Positions 24,905 to 37,604 of a stretch of DNA of 64,000 nucleotides are shown here, one piece after another. A program made the translations under genes and the position numbers. Source of the DNA: Phyllobates terribilis (taxonomy: Eukaryota); the NCBI RefSeq assembly GCF_046119375.1, contig NW_027362761.1, positions 1,194,802,001 to 1,194,866,000 on the forward strand. Reading direction: 5' to 3'. Under the pieces are notes generated by a model, which was not told where the DNA came from, did not search any database, and saw only the letters and a list, made by a program, of their open reading frames with translations. The number at the start of each line of letters is the position of its first letter. Positions within the stretch are counted from its first letter, which is position 1.

Positions 24905-25583
24905 ATTCCACATACTTATAGAGTAAGGACTTATGGAACACATTGAGGACCTTAAGGGCCTAAGAAAGTTTAAGACAAAATGCTGCTGGGTTAATGACGG
25001 CGGTTAATTTATAGGGACCAATAAACCTAGGTCTCAGCTTTCAAGAAGGAACTTTCAATCTTATATTCCTGGTAGACAACCAAACAAAGTCATTCACATT
25101 AAGGTCTGGACCTGGCAACCATTTTCTGTCAGCCATACGTTTATACCTGTCTCCCATGATCTTTAAATGAATTAATCGAAAACAGAATGCCTTCCAGAAC
25201 TTGGAAACAAATTGGGTTCCTCGATCTGACACCACATCGGAGGTAACCCCGTGAAGCTTCACAATCTCATTTATGAACACCTTCACAAGTTTCTTGGCAT
25301 TTGGAAGTGCAGATAGTGCGACGACGTGAATCATTTTACTGAATCTACAACCACCAAAACCACCATTTTGCCTGCAAAAACCAGTAGGTCAGTAATAAAA
25401 TCCATGGACAAGTGTGTCCATGGTCTACTAGGGATAGGTAGTGAAAGAAGAGTACCAGATGGACAGATATGCAAACCTTAGAACGCGCGCAAATACTACA
25501 AGTAGCTACGTGTTCAATCACATCCCGATGCAACCCTGGCCACTAAAAACGATGAGAAAGGAGATCCGCGGTTGCCTTACCAC
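24905..25583 (-). pseudogene. Gypsy integrase core and zinc finger, internally deleted
   Basis: [18 protein letters not shown] (HHCC region), VVSDRGTQFVSKFWKAFC joined directly to DRYKRMADRK...VWLSTRNIRLKVPS, then a GP(Y/F) motif. Confidence 0.87.
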
Positions 25584-28500
25584 TAGAGATGAGCGGTGTT
25601 CGACTAGAACTGTTCGCCAATCTCAAATTCGAGCTGTTTTGGGTGGTGTTCGAGTTGTTCGACGAACCTGAACGATTTGCAAAAAATTCGGCTGTTCGAG
25701 GTTATGTTCGATAACTGTTCGTGCACCAAAAGCATGTCCTGCATGTCTGGCACTATTTAGAGCACCAATCATGCAGGGATTGCCTGCCACTCACTGTAAT
25801 GCCACAGCCATGGTGGTTGTGGCATTACAGTGATTGCCCAAATCGATGGGAACAGTGCTCACAGTGAAACATGAAAAGCCGGCAATTCATCAGCGGCATA
25901 CACAGGTACCCGACAATTTAGAACCGAAAGAATAGAGCTTCACACATAGATTAGATAGATAGAAACATGTCAGTCACACATATAAGAAGCACAGTGACAG
26001 TGTTGCTTACTGTACTTGTCATTTAGTGTAAAGGATTTATCAAAAAAAATAATAGTGTTTTCATGCACCGTCTCTTTAAAAAAGCCGGCTGGCAATTCAG
26101 CATCTGTACCCGACAATTTAGAATAGAAGGAATAGAGAATCACAAATAGATTAGATAGATAGAAACATGTCAGCCACATATATACGAAGTACAGTGACAG
26201 TGTTGCTTACTGTACTTGTCATTTAGTGTAAAGGATTTATTAAAAAATATAATAGTGTTTTCGTGCACCGTCTCTTTAAAAAAGCCGGCCGGCAATTCAG
26301 CAGCGGTACCCGACAATTTATAACAGACAGAATAGAGCTTCACACATAGATTAGATAGATAGAAACATGTCAGTCACATATATATGAAGTACTGTGACAG
26401 TGTTGCTTACTGTACTTGTCATTTACTGCAAAGGATTTATTAAAAAAAATAATAGTGTTTTCATGCACCGTCTCTTTAAAAATCCGGCCGGCAATTCAGC
26501 ATCTGTACCCGACAATTTATAACAGAAAGAATAGAGAATCACACATAGATTAGGTAGATAGAAACATGTCAGTCACATATATATGAAGTACTGTGACAGT
26601 GTTGCTTACTGTACTTGTCATTTACTGCAAAGGATTTATTAAAAAAAATATTAGTGTTTTCGTGCACCGTCTATTTAAAAAAGCCGGCCGGCAATTCAGC
26701 ATCTGTACCCGAAAATTTATAACAGACAGAATAGAGCTTCAAACATAGATTAGATAGATAGAAACATGTCAGTCACATATATAAGAAGTACAGTGACAGT
26801 GTTGGTTACTGTACTTGTCATTTAGTATTAAAATAAAGGATTTATTATTAAAAAAAATTGGCGTGGGGTTCCCGTAATTTTAGTCTCTAGCGGAGGTTAA
26901 GCAGACAGCTGGGGCAGATGTTTGAAGCCTGGGAAGGGGGTAATACCCACGGAGCTTCCCAGGCTACTAATATCAGCCCCCAGCTGAATACCTAGCCTTT
27001 ACTAGCTATTAAAATGGAGGAACCCCCCAAAAAATGACGTGGGGTCCCCCCTAATTTAAAAGCTAGCAAAGGCTAGGCAGACAGCTGGGGGCTGATATTA
27101 ATAGCCCAGGAAGGGAGCCATGAATATTGGCCCCCTCCCAGGCTAGAAACACCAGCCGTCAGCCGCCGCAGAAATGGCGCATCCATAGGATGCGCCAATT
27201 CTGGCACTTAGCCTCGCTCTTCCACGCTGCCCTGGTGCGGTGGCAGGGGGTAATAGGGTTGGGGTTGATGTCAGCTTATAATGCCAGCTGACATCAAGCC
27301 CAGGTTAGTAATGGAGAGGCGTCTATAACACCCCCCCATTACTAACCCAATAGTCAAAGTTAAAAGAAAACGCAAACACCCAGAATAAAGTCCTTTAATT
27401 GAAATAAAGACACATTCCATTATTGTTCTAAATTAAACCATACTTACCGTCACGCCCATTCCAGCTGAAGCCAACGATCTCCTGCAATAAAAGAAAAATA
27501 ATAAAGCAACCTCATCCTTACCTTTCCATGGTTCCCACGACAGCTTCAGCTCTGCTACATTGAGATAACAGGCTGGACCGCAGCAGAACGCTGCCATCCA
27601 GCCTGTCATCCCGCAGACACTGAGAAGCGCAGGCATGCTTGCGCTCTGCAGTGTCTGGCTGTGACGGCATCCAGATGAGCCGAGTTCATGTCCAATGAAC
27701 TCGGCTCACCTCATGCACGTCACTGACAGCGTGGGAAAATTCTCACGCTGAAGCGGTGAGTGTAGGAGAATTCTCCCACGCTGTCAGTGACGTGCATGAG
27801 GTGAGCTCATGTCCAATGAACTCGGCTCACCTCATGCACGTCACTGACAGCGTGGGAGAATTCACCTGCACTCAGCACTTCAGCGTGAGAATTCTCCCAC
27901 GCTGTCAGTGACGTGCATGAGGTCAGCTGAGTTCATTGGACATGAATGAGCTCACCTCATGCACGTCACTGACAGCGTGGGAGAATTCTCACGCTGTAGC
28001 GCTGAGTGCAGGATAATTTTCCCACGCTGTCAGTGACGTGCATGAGGTGAGCTGAGATCATTGGACATGAATGAGCTCATTTCATGCACGTCACTGACAG
28101 CGTGGGAAAATTCTCCTGCACTCAGCGCTTCAGCGTGAGAATTTTCCCACGCTGTCAGTGACGTGCATGAGGTGAGCTCATTCATGTCCAATGAACTCAG
28201 CTGACCTCATGTACGTCACTGACAGCGTGGGAGAATTTTCACGCTGAAGTGCTGAGTGCAGGAGAATTCTCCCACGCTGTCAGTGAAGTGCATGAGGTGC
28301 GCCGAGTTCATTGGACATGAGCTTGTCTCATCTTTATGCCGTCACAGCGAGACACTGAGGAGCGCAAGCATGCCTGCGCTTCTCAGTGTCCGCGGGATGA
28401 CAGGCTGGATGGCAGCGTTCTGCTGCGGTCCAGCCTGTCATCTCGATGTAGCAGAGCTGAAGCTGTCGTGGGAACCATGGAAAGGTAAGGATGAGGTTGC

Positions 28501-31500
28501 TTAATTATTTTACTTTTATTGCAGAAGACATTGGCTTCAGCTGGAATGGGCGTGACGGTAAGTATGGTTTAATTTAGAACAATAAAGAATTGTGTGTTTA
28601 TTTCAATTAAAGGACTTTATTCTGGGTGTTGTGTTTTTTTAAATACTTTACTAGAAATTCATGGTGGTCATGTCTAATATTGGCGTGACCCCATGAATTT
28701 CGGGCTTAGGGCCAGCTGATAATGCCAAGCTGGCCTTAACCCCTTTATTACCCAGTGAGCCACCGCACCAGGGCCCTGGATGAGTTGGGTACAGCGCCAG
28801 AAGATGGCGCTTCTATGAACGCGCCATTTTCTGGGGCGGCTGCGGACTGCAATTTGCAGCGGGTGGGGCCCAGAAAGCTTGGGCCTCCTTGCGCTGCGGA
28901 TTCCAGCTCCCAGCTGCCTAGTTGTACCTGGCTGGGCACAAAAATAGGGAGAAGCCCCACACATTTTTTTTTTAAATTATTTCATGAAATTCATGGAATA
29001 ATTAAGAAAAAAAGGGCTTCCCTATATTGTTGTGTCCAACCAGGTACAAATAGGCAGCTGGTGGTTGGGGGCAGCCCGTCCCTGCCTGCTGTACCTGGCT
29101 GGACACAAATATAGTGCGAAGCCCCACGTCAATTTTTTTTTAATTATTTCATGAAATAATTTTTTTAAAAAAGGGCTTCCCTATATTGTTGTGTCTGGCC
29201 AGGTACAAATAGGCAGCTGGTGGTTGGGGGCAGCCCGTTCCTGCCTGCTGTAAATGACTGGACACAAATATAGGGCGAAGCCCCACGTCAATTTTTTTAA
29301 AATTATTTCAGGAAATTCATGAAATAATGAAAAAAAAATTGATGTGGGGCTTCGCCCTATATTTGTGTCCAGCCAGGTACAGCAGGCAGGAACGGGTTGC
29401 TCCCAACCACCAGCTGCCTATTTGTACCTAGCCGGACACAACAATATAGGGAAGCCCTTTTTTTCTTAATTATTTCATGAATTTCATGAATTTAAAAAAA
29501 AAATACGTGGAGCTTCGCCCTATTTTTGTGTCCAGCCAGGTACAACTAGGCAGCTGGGGGCTGGAATCTGCAGCGCAGGGAGGCCCAAGCTTTCTGGGCC
29601 CCACCCGCTGCAAATTGCAGTCCGCAGCCGCCCCGGAAAATGGCGCGTTCATAGAAGCGCCATCTTCTGGCGCTGTACCCAACTCATCCAGGGCCCTGGT
29701 GCGGTGGCTCACTGGGTAATAAAGGGGTTAAGGCCAGCTTGGCATTATCAGCTGGCCCTAAGCCCGAAATTCATGGGGTCACGCCAATATTAGACATGAC
29801 CACCATGAATTTCTAGTAAAGTATTTAAAAAAAACACAAACACCCAGAAAAAAGTCCTTTAATTGAAATAAACACACAATTCTTTATTGTTCTAAATTAA
29901 ACCATACTTACCGCCACGCCCATTCCAGCTGAAGCCAATGATCTCCTGCAATAAAAGTAAAATAATAAAGCAACATCATCCTTACCTTTCCATGGCTCCC
30001 ACGACAGCTTCAGCTCTGCTACATCGAGATGACAGGCTGGACCGCAGCAGAACGCTGCCATCCAGCCTGTCATCCCGCAGACACTGAGAAGCGCAGACTT
30101 GCTTGCGCTACTCAGTGTCTGGCTGTGACGGCATCCAGATGAGCCGAGGTCATGTCCAATGAACTCGGCTCACCTCATGCACGTCACTGACAGCGTGGGA
30201 AAATTCTCACGCTGAAGCGCTGAGTGCAGGAGAATTTTCCCACGCTGTCAGTGACGTACATGAGGTGAGCCGAGTTCATTGTCGGCTCATCTGGATGCCG
30301 TCACAGTCAGACACTGAGGAGCGCAAGCATGCCTGCGCTTCTCAGTGTCTGCGGGATGACAGGCTGGATGGCAGCGTTCTGCTGCGGTCCAGCCTGTCAT
30401 CTCGATGTAGCAGAGCTGAAGCTGTCCTGGGAACCATGGAAAGGTAAGGATGAGGTTGCTTTATTATTTTTCTTTTATTGCAGGAGATCGTTGGCTTCAG
30501 CTGGAATGGGCGTGATGGTAAGTATGGTTTAATTTAGAACAATAAAGAATTGTGTCTTTATTTCAATTAAAGGACTTTATTCTGGGTGTTTGTGTTTTTT
30601 TTTTTACTTTGACTATGGGGTTTGTAATGGGGGTGTCTTATAGACGCCTCTCCATTACTAACCTGGGCTTGATGTCAGCTGGCATTATAAGCTGACATCA
30701 ACCCCAACCCTATTACCCCCTGCCACCGCACCAGGGCAGCGTGGAAGAGCGAGGCTAAGTGCCAGAATTGGCGCATCCTATGGATGCGCCATTTCTGGGG
30801 CGGCTGACGGCTGGTGTTTCTAGCCTGGGAGGGGGCCAATATTCATGGCTCCCTTCCTGGGCTATTAATATCAGCCCCCAGCTGTCTGCCTAGCCTTTGC
30901 TAGCTATTAAATTAGGGGGGACCCCACGTCATTTTTTTGGGGGGGGTCCTCCATTTTAATAGCTAGTAAAGGCTAGGTATTCAGCTGGGGGCTGATATTA
31001 GTAGCCTGGGAAGCTCCGTGGGTATTACCCCCTTCCCAGGCTTCAAACATCTGCCCCAGCTGTCTGCTTAACCTCCGCTAGAGACTAAAATTACGGGGAA
31101 CCCCACGCCAATTTTTTTTAATAATAAATCCTTTATTTTAATACGAAATGACAAGTACAGCAACCAACACTGTCACTGTACTTCTTATATATGTGACTGA
31201 CATGTTTCTATCTATCTAATCTATGTGTGAAGCTCTATTCTGTCTGTTATAAATTGTCGGGTACAGATGCTGAATTGCCGGCCGGCTTTTTTAAAGAGAC
31301 GGTGCATGAAAACACTATTATTTTTTTTAATAAATCCTTTGCAGTAAATGACAAGTACAGTAAGCAACACTGTCACAGTACTTCATATATATGTGACTGA
31401 CATGTTTCTATCTATCTAATCTATGTGTGAAGCTCTATTCTGTCTGTTATAAATTGTCGGGTACCGCTGCTGAATTGCCGGCCGGCTTTTTTAAAGAGAC

Positions 31501-32518
31501 GGTGCACGAAAACACTATTATATTTTTTAATAAATATTTTACACTAAATGACAAGTACAGTAAGCAACACTGTCACTGTACTTCGTATATATGTGGCTGA
31601 CATATTTCTATCTATCTAATCTATGTGTGATTCTCTATTCCTTCTATTCTAAATTGTCGGGTACAGATGCTGAATTGCCGGCCTGCTTTTTTAAAGAGAC
31701 GGTGCATGAAAACACTATTATTTTTTTTAATAAATCCTTTACACTAAATGACAAGTACAGTAAGCAACACTGTCACTGTACTTCGTATATATGTGGCTGA
31801 CATGTTTCTATCTATCTAATCTATGTGTGATTCTCTATTCTTTCTGTTATAAATTGTCGGGTACCGCTGCTGAATTGCCGGCGGCTTTTTTAAAGAGACG
31901 GTGCATGAAAACACTATTATTTTTTTTAATAAATCCTTTTCAGTAAATGACAAGTACAGTAAGCAACACTATCACTTTACTTATTATATATGTGACTGAC
32001 ATGTTTCTATCTATCTAATCTATGTGTGAATCTCTATTCTGTCTGTTATAAATTGTCGGGTACCGCTGCTGAATTGCCGGCCGGCTTTTTTAAAGAGACG
32101 GTGCACGAAAACACTATTATATTTTTTAATAAATCCTTTACACTAAATGACAAGTACAGTAAGCAACACTGTCACTGTACTTCATATATATGTGACTGAC
32201 ATGTTTCTATCTATCTAATCTATGTGTGATGCTCTATTCCTTCATGTCTAAATTGTCGGGTACCGGTGTATGCCGCTGCTGAATTGCCGGCCGGCTTTTT
32301 TAAAGAAAGCGTCTTCTGAGCAGTTTGTCAGCTTTTGGACACCTTTGAAGGTGTTTTCTATGTGTTCCTATGTGTTTTTGTTTGCCTGCCATTGGTTTTA
32401 ACGGTGTTCGACGGTGTTCTAAGGTGTTCGACGAACAGTTCGACGAACAGTTCCTCGAACATCCCGGTGTTCGACGAACCGAACCGAACCCGAACACTAC
32501 GGGGGTGGCTCAACACTA
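25584..32518 (+). mobile_element. Foldback hAT element, copy 3 (6935 bp)
   Basis: TAGAGATGAGCG at 25584 and GCTCAACACTA ending 32518. Perfect TSD CTTACCAC at 25576-83 and 32519-26. Inserted in the integrase GHPG|GKAT motif. Confidence 0.93.
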
Positions 32519-32526
32519 CTTACCAC

Positions 32527-34420
32527 CTGGATGACCAGCAAGCACAGAGTTATGATGTTCTTTAATAACATTACGGTGCAGATTGGATGGTACAAATAAC
32601 CTTCCTGGAGGGCAGGAGGCAGGGGCGTTCCCCTAAGCCTCCAACACCTCACCCTCCAGTTCACGATATAATTCCGAAATGACTAACCCCTTCTGTTATA
32701 TAGGGGCAGGATTCTCATGGTCACAACCACCAGGAATGCTCCGGGACAAAGCATCAGCCTTTGATATTTTTGACCTTTGGGCGAAAAGTGACAACAAAGT
32801 TGAACCTAGTAAAAGACAGAGACCATCTGACTTGCCTATACGTTTAGCTGACTGGAAATATGACAGGTTTTTATGGTCAGTAATACGATGGACAGCTCCC
32901 TCCATCCAATGTCGCCATTCTCCGAACGCCAATTTGATCACCAAAAGTTCCCTATTACCCACGTCATAATTTCTCTCAGCTGAAGAATATTTTTTAGTAA
33001 AGAAGGCACATGGACGCCATTTACCAGGGGACGGACCCTGAGACAACACAGCCTCAACCCCCACATCCGAAGCATCAACTTCCACAATAAAGGGTTGGAA
33101 AACATCGGGTTGACTGAGTGTAGGTGCAGTGGCAAAATGATTCTTTAAGGGAAAAAAAGCCTGGAGGGAGTTATCCGACATGTCAGTAAGGGGTTTCACA
33201 ATTACTGAATAATTTTGGATGAATTTATGGTAAAAATTAATAAAACCCAGAAAACGTTGTAGAGCCTTGAAGTTATCAGGATGGTCTCAATCAAGGGCTG
33301 CATGGATCTTCTCCAGATCCATCCGAAAACCCCAAGATGACAACAAGTGCTACAAAAACTGCACCTCCTTAACGGCGAAAACACATTTTTGCAGTTTGGC
33401 ATAGAGTTTGTTATCCCTTAATATCTGGAGCACCTGTTTAACATGCCCCCAATGTGTCTCCAAATCAGGTGAGTAAACCAAAATATCGTCCAGTTAGACC
33501 ATCACAAACCTCCCCACCAAATGATAGAAAATATCATTTATGAAATGCTGGAATACCGCAGGTGCATTGGTCAAACCAAAAGGCATAACAAGACTCTCTA
33601 AATGCCCTTCAGGGATATTGAACTCTGTTTTACATTAGTCTCCTTCTCTGATTCTAACCAGATTGAAGGCCCCCCTTAAATCCAACTTGGAAAATACCTT
33701 AGCTCCTACAACCTGGCTGAACAAATCAAGAATCAGAGGAAGAGGGTATGGGTCTCGGATGGTAATTTGATTTAATTCCCGGTAATCTAAACAGGGACGT
33801 TTCTTTACAACGAAGATCCCAGACACCACAGGAGAAGATGAGGGCCTACTGTGTCCCTTCTCCAGACTTTCCACGATGAAAACCTTCATGGCTTGTCTCT
33901 CCGGGCCAGAAAGATTATACAGTCTGGACTTTGGTAGCTTAGCTCCGGGGGTCAAGTTATTAGGTCACTCATAGGCACGATGAGGAGGCAATTCCTGACA
34001 CCCCCTCTCAGAAAAAAAAGTCCTCAAAACCAGACAGAAAAGCAGGTAATATTTCCGTATAGATAGCAGCAAGGGAAATATCTAAACAGTTTTCATGGCA
34101 GTAATTTCCCCATTCAATGATCTCCATGGCTTGCCAATCCACTAACAGATTATGTTTCACCAGCCACGGAAGGTCCAGTACAATTGGTGTGGGAAGACTG
34201 TCCAGGACATAGCAAGGGATTATTTCACAATGAACCGACCCTGCCTTCAGTTTTACATTATGTACAATCTGAACAAATGCTTTCTGAGTAAGTGGTGCTG
34301 AGTCGATGGTGAAGATGGAAATAGGCTTAGCTAAAGTACAGCAAGCAAGGCCATGAGCTTTCGCAATCAATCTAAAGCATAACCAAAAACCAAGAGTTCT
34401 AAAAAAGAAAGAAGTATGCC
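32527..34420 (-). pseudogene. Gypsy protease - reverse transcriptase - RNase H
   Basis: LPWLVKHNLLVDW (protease C-terminus); [28 protein letters not shown]; YLDD mutated to *LDD at ~33495; VEVDASDVG..ERNYDVGNRELL..ITDHKNL (RNase H). Confidence 0.9.
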
Positions 34421-35532
34421 CATGCAAATGGATCATCTACAATAATTAATGTATATTTATTGAAAAAAGAACAATAAACACATAATATAAAAACAATTAA
34501 AATAGCCAATAGATTGTGTGTACAAACCAAGACATGCCCACAATACAGCAAATGTCTAGCCTCAAATGCCTATGAAAAAATAATGCACAGGGAGCCGGTC
34601 AATAGATGTTCAGTGTCAACATCAAAAGGTGATTATACAGATAAGCTAGGCATGAAAATAAAAATCATAGAGGATAGAAAGGTATGGAAGACACAAATAA
34701 AAATGAAAACATGGTATACTACCATCACAACCCAACCATCCTTGCTCATCACCAAATAAAATGAAGGAAAAAGTGTAGCATGACATGGATATTGAGGGAT
34801 GAGGGTCCCCATGAGTATCACCACTGAAAGTGTGGCTTTCTCAGGGGTAAGGTTATGCTATGTGTGAAGAATATCGGCAATATAATTTCATGAAAATCAC
34901 TTGTATCCTATTTGGCCTGGGATTATAAAAAAAAACCTTTCTTTTCTCTAGCAGGGACAGGAAACCAGGCTCAGCAGGAAGTCCAGTATTCTAAAAACCT
35001 CAAGGAGAAAGCTGGCATCTAGCTCAGCAAAGGGGGGTCAAGTCTCAAAAGGCTGTGAATGACAGATCTCACACCTTGAGCCAGCTCAGCTCAGGACAAA
35101 GACATACTTGCAATATAGTCATGCTGAACAGCTGCCAAAAGAAGCCTTCTAGAACATTCCACCAGAAACATAATTCCATAAGGAGTTATGGCGATACTAT
35201 ACATCCTAGCCGTACATCGTGTATATTTTCGATGATCTCCAGAACATGGCAAACACCTGCCTGGCTCTTGAACCGTTATTTCCCTGGATGGAGAGATGCG
35301 TAGAATGGCTAGTAGGAGCCAGGTGATGAAGCTGTGTTTGGTCTCAATGCATAGCAGGAGCCTCGACCGGGTCCGATGGTGCCAGTGACGCCGCCCTAGG
35401 ACTGTCCAGGAAAGAGTTATGATCTTGCATAGGTTGGAGATTTAGCTACCAACCTCCAGGGCAGGGGGATAAGGACCATCCTTTGGGCGGAGAAGAGTGT
35501 GACCAACCTAGGAGTTAAATGCTCATGTAAAG

Positions 35533-37604
35533 TGTAACATACCTGGCTGCGTCCTTGCATGGTGGTCCATCTCCCACTGTGCAAGAGCGCGCACTTGATC
35601 TCCAGTCCAGAATGTCTCTCTGGCTTCCCTCCATGCTGTCTGTTTGTGTCTGTTTCTGCTGCTTAAGGGCGGTGCCCGATCACTTCCTGCTTTTTGTACC
35701 TGCTGTGGGTCACACCCCTTGTGCGTCCTCAGCCTATTGCTGTCTGTCACCTGGTATATAGCTCAGCTGCTCCCATCTATTCCTGCCTGAGCATAGTGTT
35801 TTATTCAGTGTGTGCTTGCACTCTGAAGGTGCCAGGTCCCGTTCTGTGTTCTCTTATCTGCCTATCCTGGAGGCTGTATTTCCAGGCCTGTCTGAACACG
35901 CTCCTAGCCTGTTCCTCCTGCCTTCTAGGGGCCGATTACCTAGACCCGTTCCTGTATCTTGTCTGACCTGTCTGAACACGCTCCTAGCCTGTTCCTCCCG
36001 CCTTCTAGGGGCCGATTACCTAGACCCGCTCCTGTATCTTGTCTGTCCTGTCTGAACACGCTCCTTGCCTGTTCGTCCTGCCTCTCTGGGGCCGTATTCC
36101 CAGACCCGCTCCTGTATTCCGCTGCAGTGTCGGTCTCCTCCGTACACTCAGTTCCAGTCTGAACTCTCTCCTATCCTTTACCTGTTTTGCCTCTATGTCC
36201 GTTCCCTTCCTTTTTCTGCAGAGTCTGAACTCGTACCTAACTCCTGCTTGTTGTCTCTGTACTCCCGTTTGTGAGTTTGTGGTCCACTCGCTACTTCTCT
36301 GCTAGTACCCTGTGGGTGTCTGGCTCTGCCTTTCCCTTCCTGTCTGTTCCGTGTGAACAGAGCCCTGTCCCCCCTACTCAGCCTAGCCTGCTCTGACTCC
36401 TTTGCTCACCGCTCCGGCGGTTCTAGCCTGCTCTGACTCCTTTGCTCACCGCTCCGGCGGTTCTAGCCTGCTCTGACTCCTTTTCTCACCGCTCCGGCGG
36501 TTCTAGTCTGCTCTGACTCCTTTGCTTACCGCTCCGGCGGTTCTAGCCTGCTCTCACTCCTTGCTCACTGCTCCGCAGCCTTGCTCCGCTCTGACCCTTT
36601 TGCTCACTGCTCCAGCAGTCCTGTCCTGCCCTGCTTCTGCCCGCTGCTCCGGCAGTCCTGTCCTGCCCTGCTTCTGCCCGCTGCTCCGGCAGTCCTGTCC
36701 TGCCCTGCTTCTGCCCGCTGCTCCGGCAGTCCTGTCCTGCCCTGCTTCTGCCCGCTGCTCCGGCAGTCCTGTCCTGCCCTGCTTCTGCCCGCTGCTCCGG
36801 CAGTCTTGTCCTGCCCTGCTTCTGCCCGCTGCTCCGGCAGTCCTGTCCTGCCCTGCTTGTGCTCGCTGCTCCTGCAGCCCCGTCCTGCTCTGTTCTTGCC
36901 CACCGCTTCGGGCGTTCCCTCTCTGCTGTGGTTGTCTACCGCATCTGCGGTTCTGTGACCCAGTCTGTACTGGGTCTTAACCTTTCTGTGCTCCAGCCCG
37001 TCCTTTCGGCCAGTACCTCCCTGCCTGCATACTCGCCTGTATCCACCCATCTGCATACCTGCCGTGTTTGCTTACATCCACCAGTCTGTGCCAGCCTAAC
37101 CTGCCTGTTCCTGAGTCCCAGTGTGTACTGGGTCCTATCTCGCCTGTGTTCCTACCTGCTAGTGCCTTCCTGTCTGCACTCTAGCTGTGCTTGCCTGTAC
37201 CCCTCTGCCTGTATTGTTCCTGAGTCCCAGTGTGTACTGGGTCCTATCCCGCCTGTGTTCCTACCTGCTAGTGCCTCCCTGTCTGCACTCTAGCTGCGCT
37301 TGCCTTTACCCGCCTGCCTGCATACCAGTCGTGCCTGCCTATACCCTCCAGTCTGTGCGCCAGCCTAACCAGCCTGTTCCAGTAATCCCTGTGTGGGTCA
37401 ACCCCCGTGTCCGGAGTTTGACCTGGAGTAGCACCTGGTCCCTCTGCCCGGTTTCTCCCTGGTGCACTGGCGTCGTATGCCGTCGTGCCATCTTGGTCGG
37501 ATCGGCCAGATACTTAGTCACGCCCCTCCAGGCACTCTCCGGTTCATGGTCCAGTGGAACCACAACACCCGCACACGCCAGTCAGTCCGGGCGTGTGCAT
37601 TACA
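35533..37604. mobile_element. Long solo LTR (2072 bp)
   Basis: TGTAACA...ATTACA termini. Perfect 5-bp TSD TAAAG at 35528-32 and 37605-09. No coding domains. Confidence 0.87.
36384..36870. repeat. Adjacent 40-bp and 37-bp minisatellites inside the solo LTR
   Basis: GCTCCGGCGGTTCTAGCCTGCTCTGACTCCTTTGCTCACC x~4-5, then GCTCCGGCAGTCCTGTCCTGCCCTGCTTCTGCCCGCT x~7. ~80-bp x3 (35885-36110) and ~115-bp x2 (37110-37330) repeats are also present. Confidence 0.9.

Larger units (their letters stand above)
18569..34420 (-). mobile_element. Decayed chromovirus (Ty3/Gypsy), 5'-truncated, interrupted by hAT copies 2 and 3
   Basis: Minus-strand order is protease, RT, RNase H, integrase, chromodomain, PPT (AGAGGAAGGGGGGTAC at 19140-19155), then LTR. 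No gag or 5' LTR was found. Confidence 0.9.

Noticed and set aside
5350-30532. Recurrent ORFs (MSHR(I/T)RALDELG..., MPALLSVCGMTGW..., MWLTCFYLSNL...)
   Set aside because: They recur only because the palindrome arms recur. They are short, differ in length between copies, appear on both strands and have no recognisable domain.
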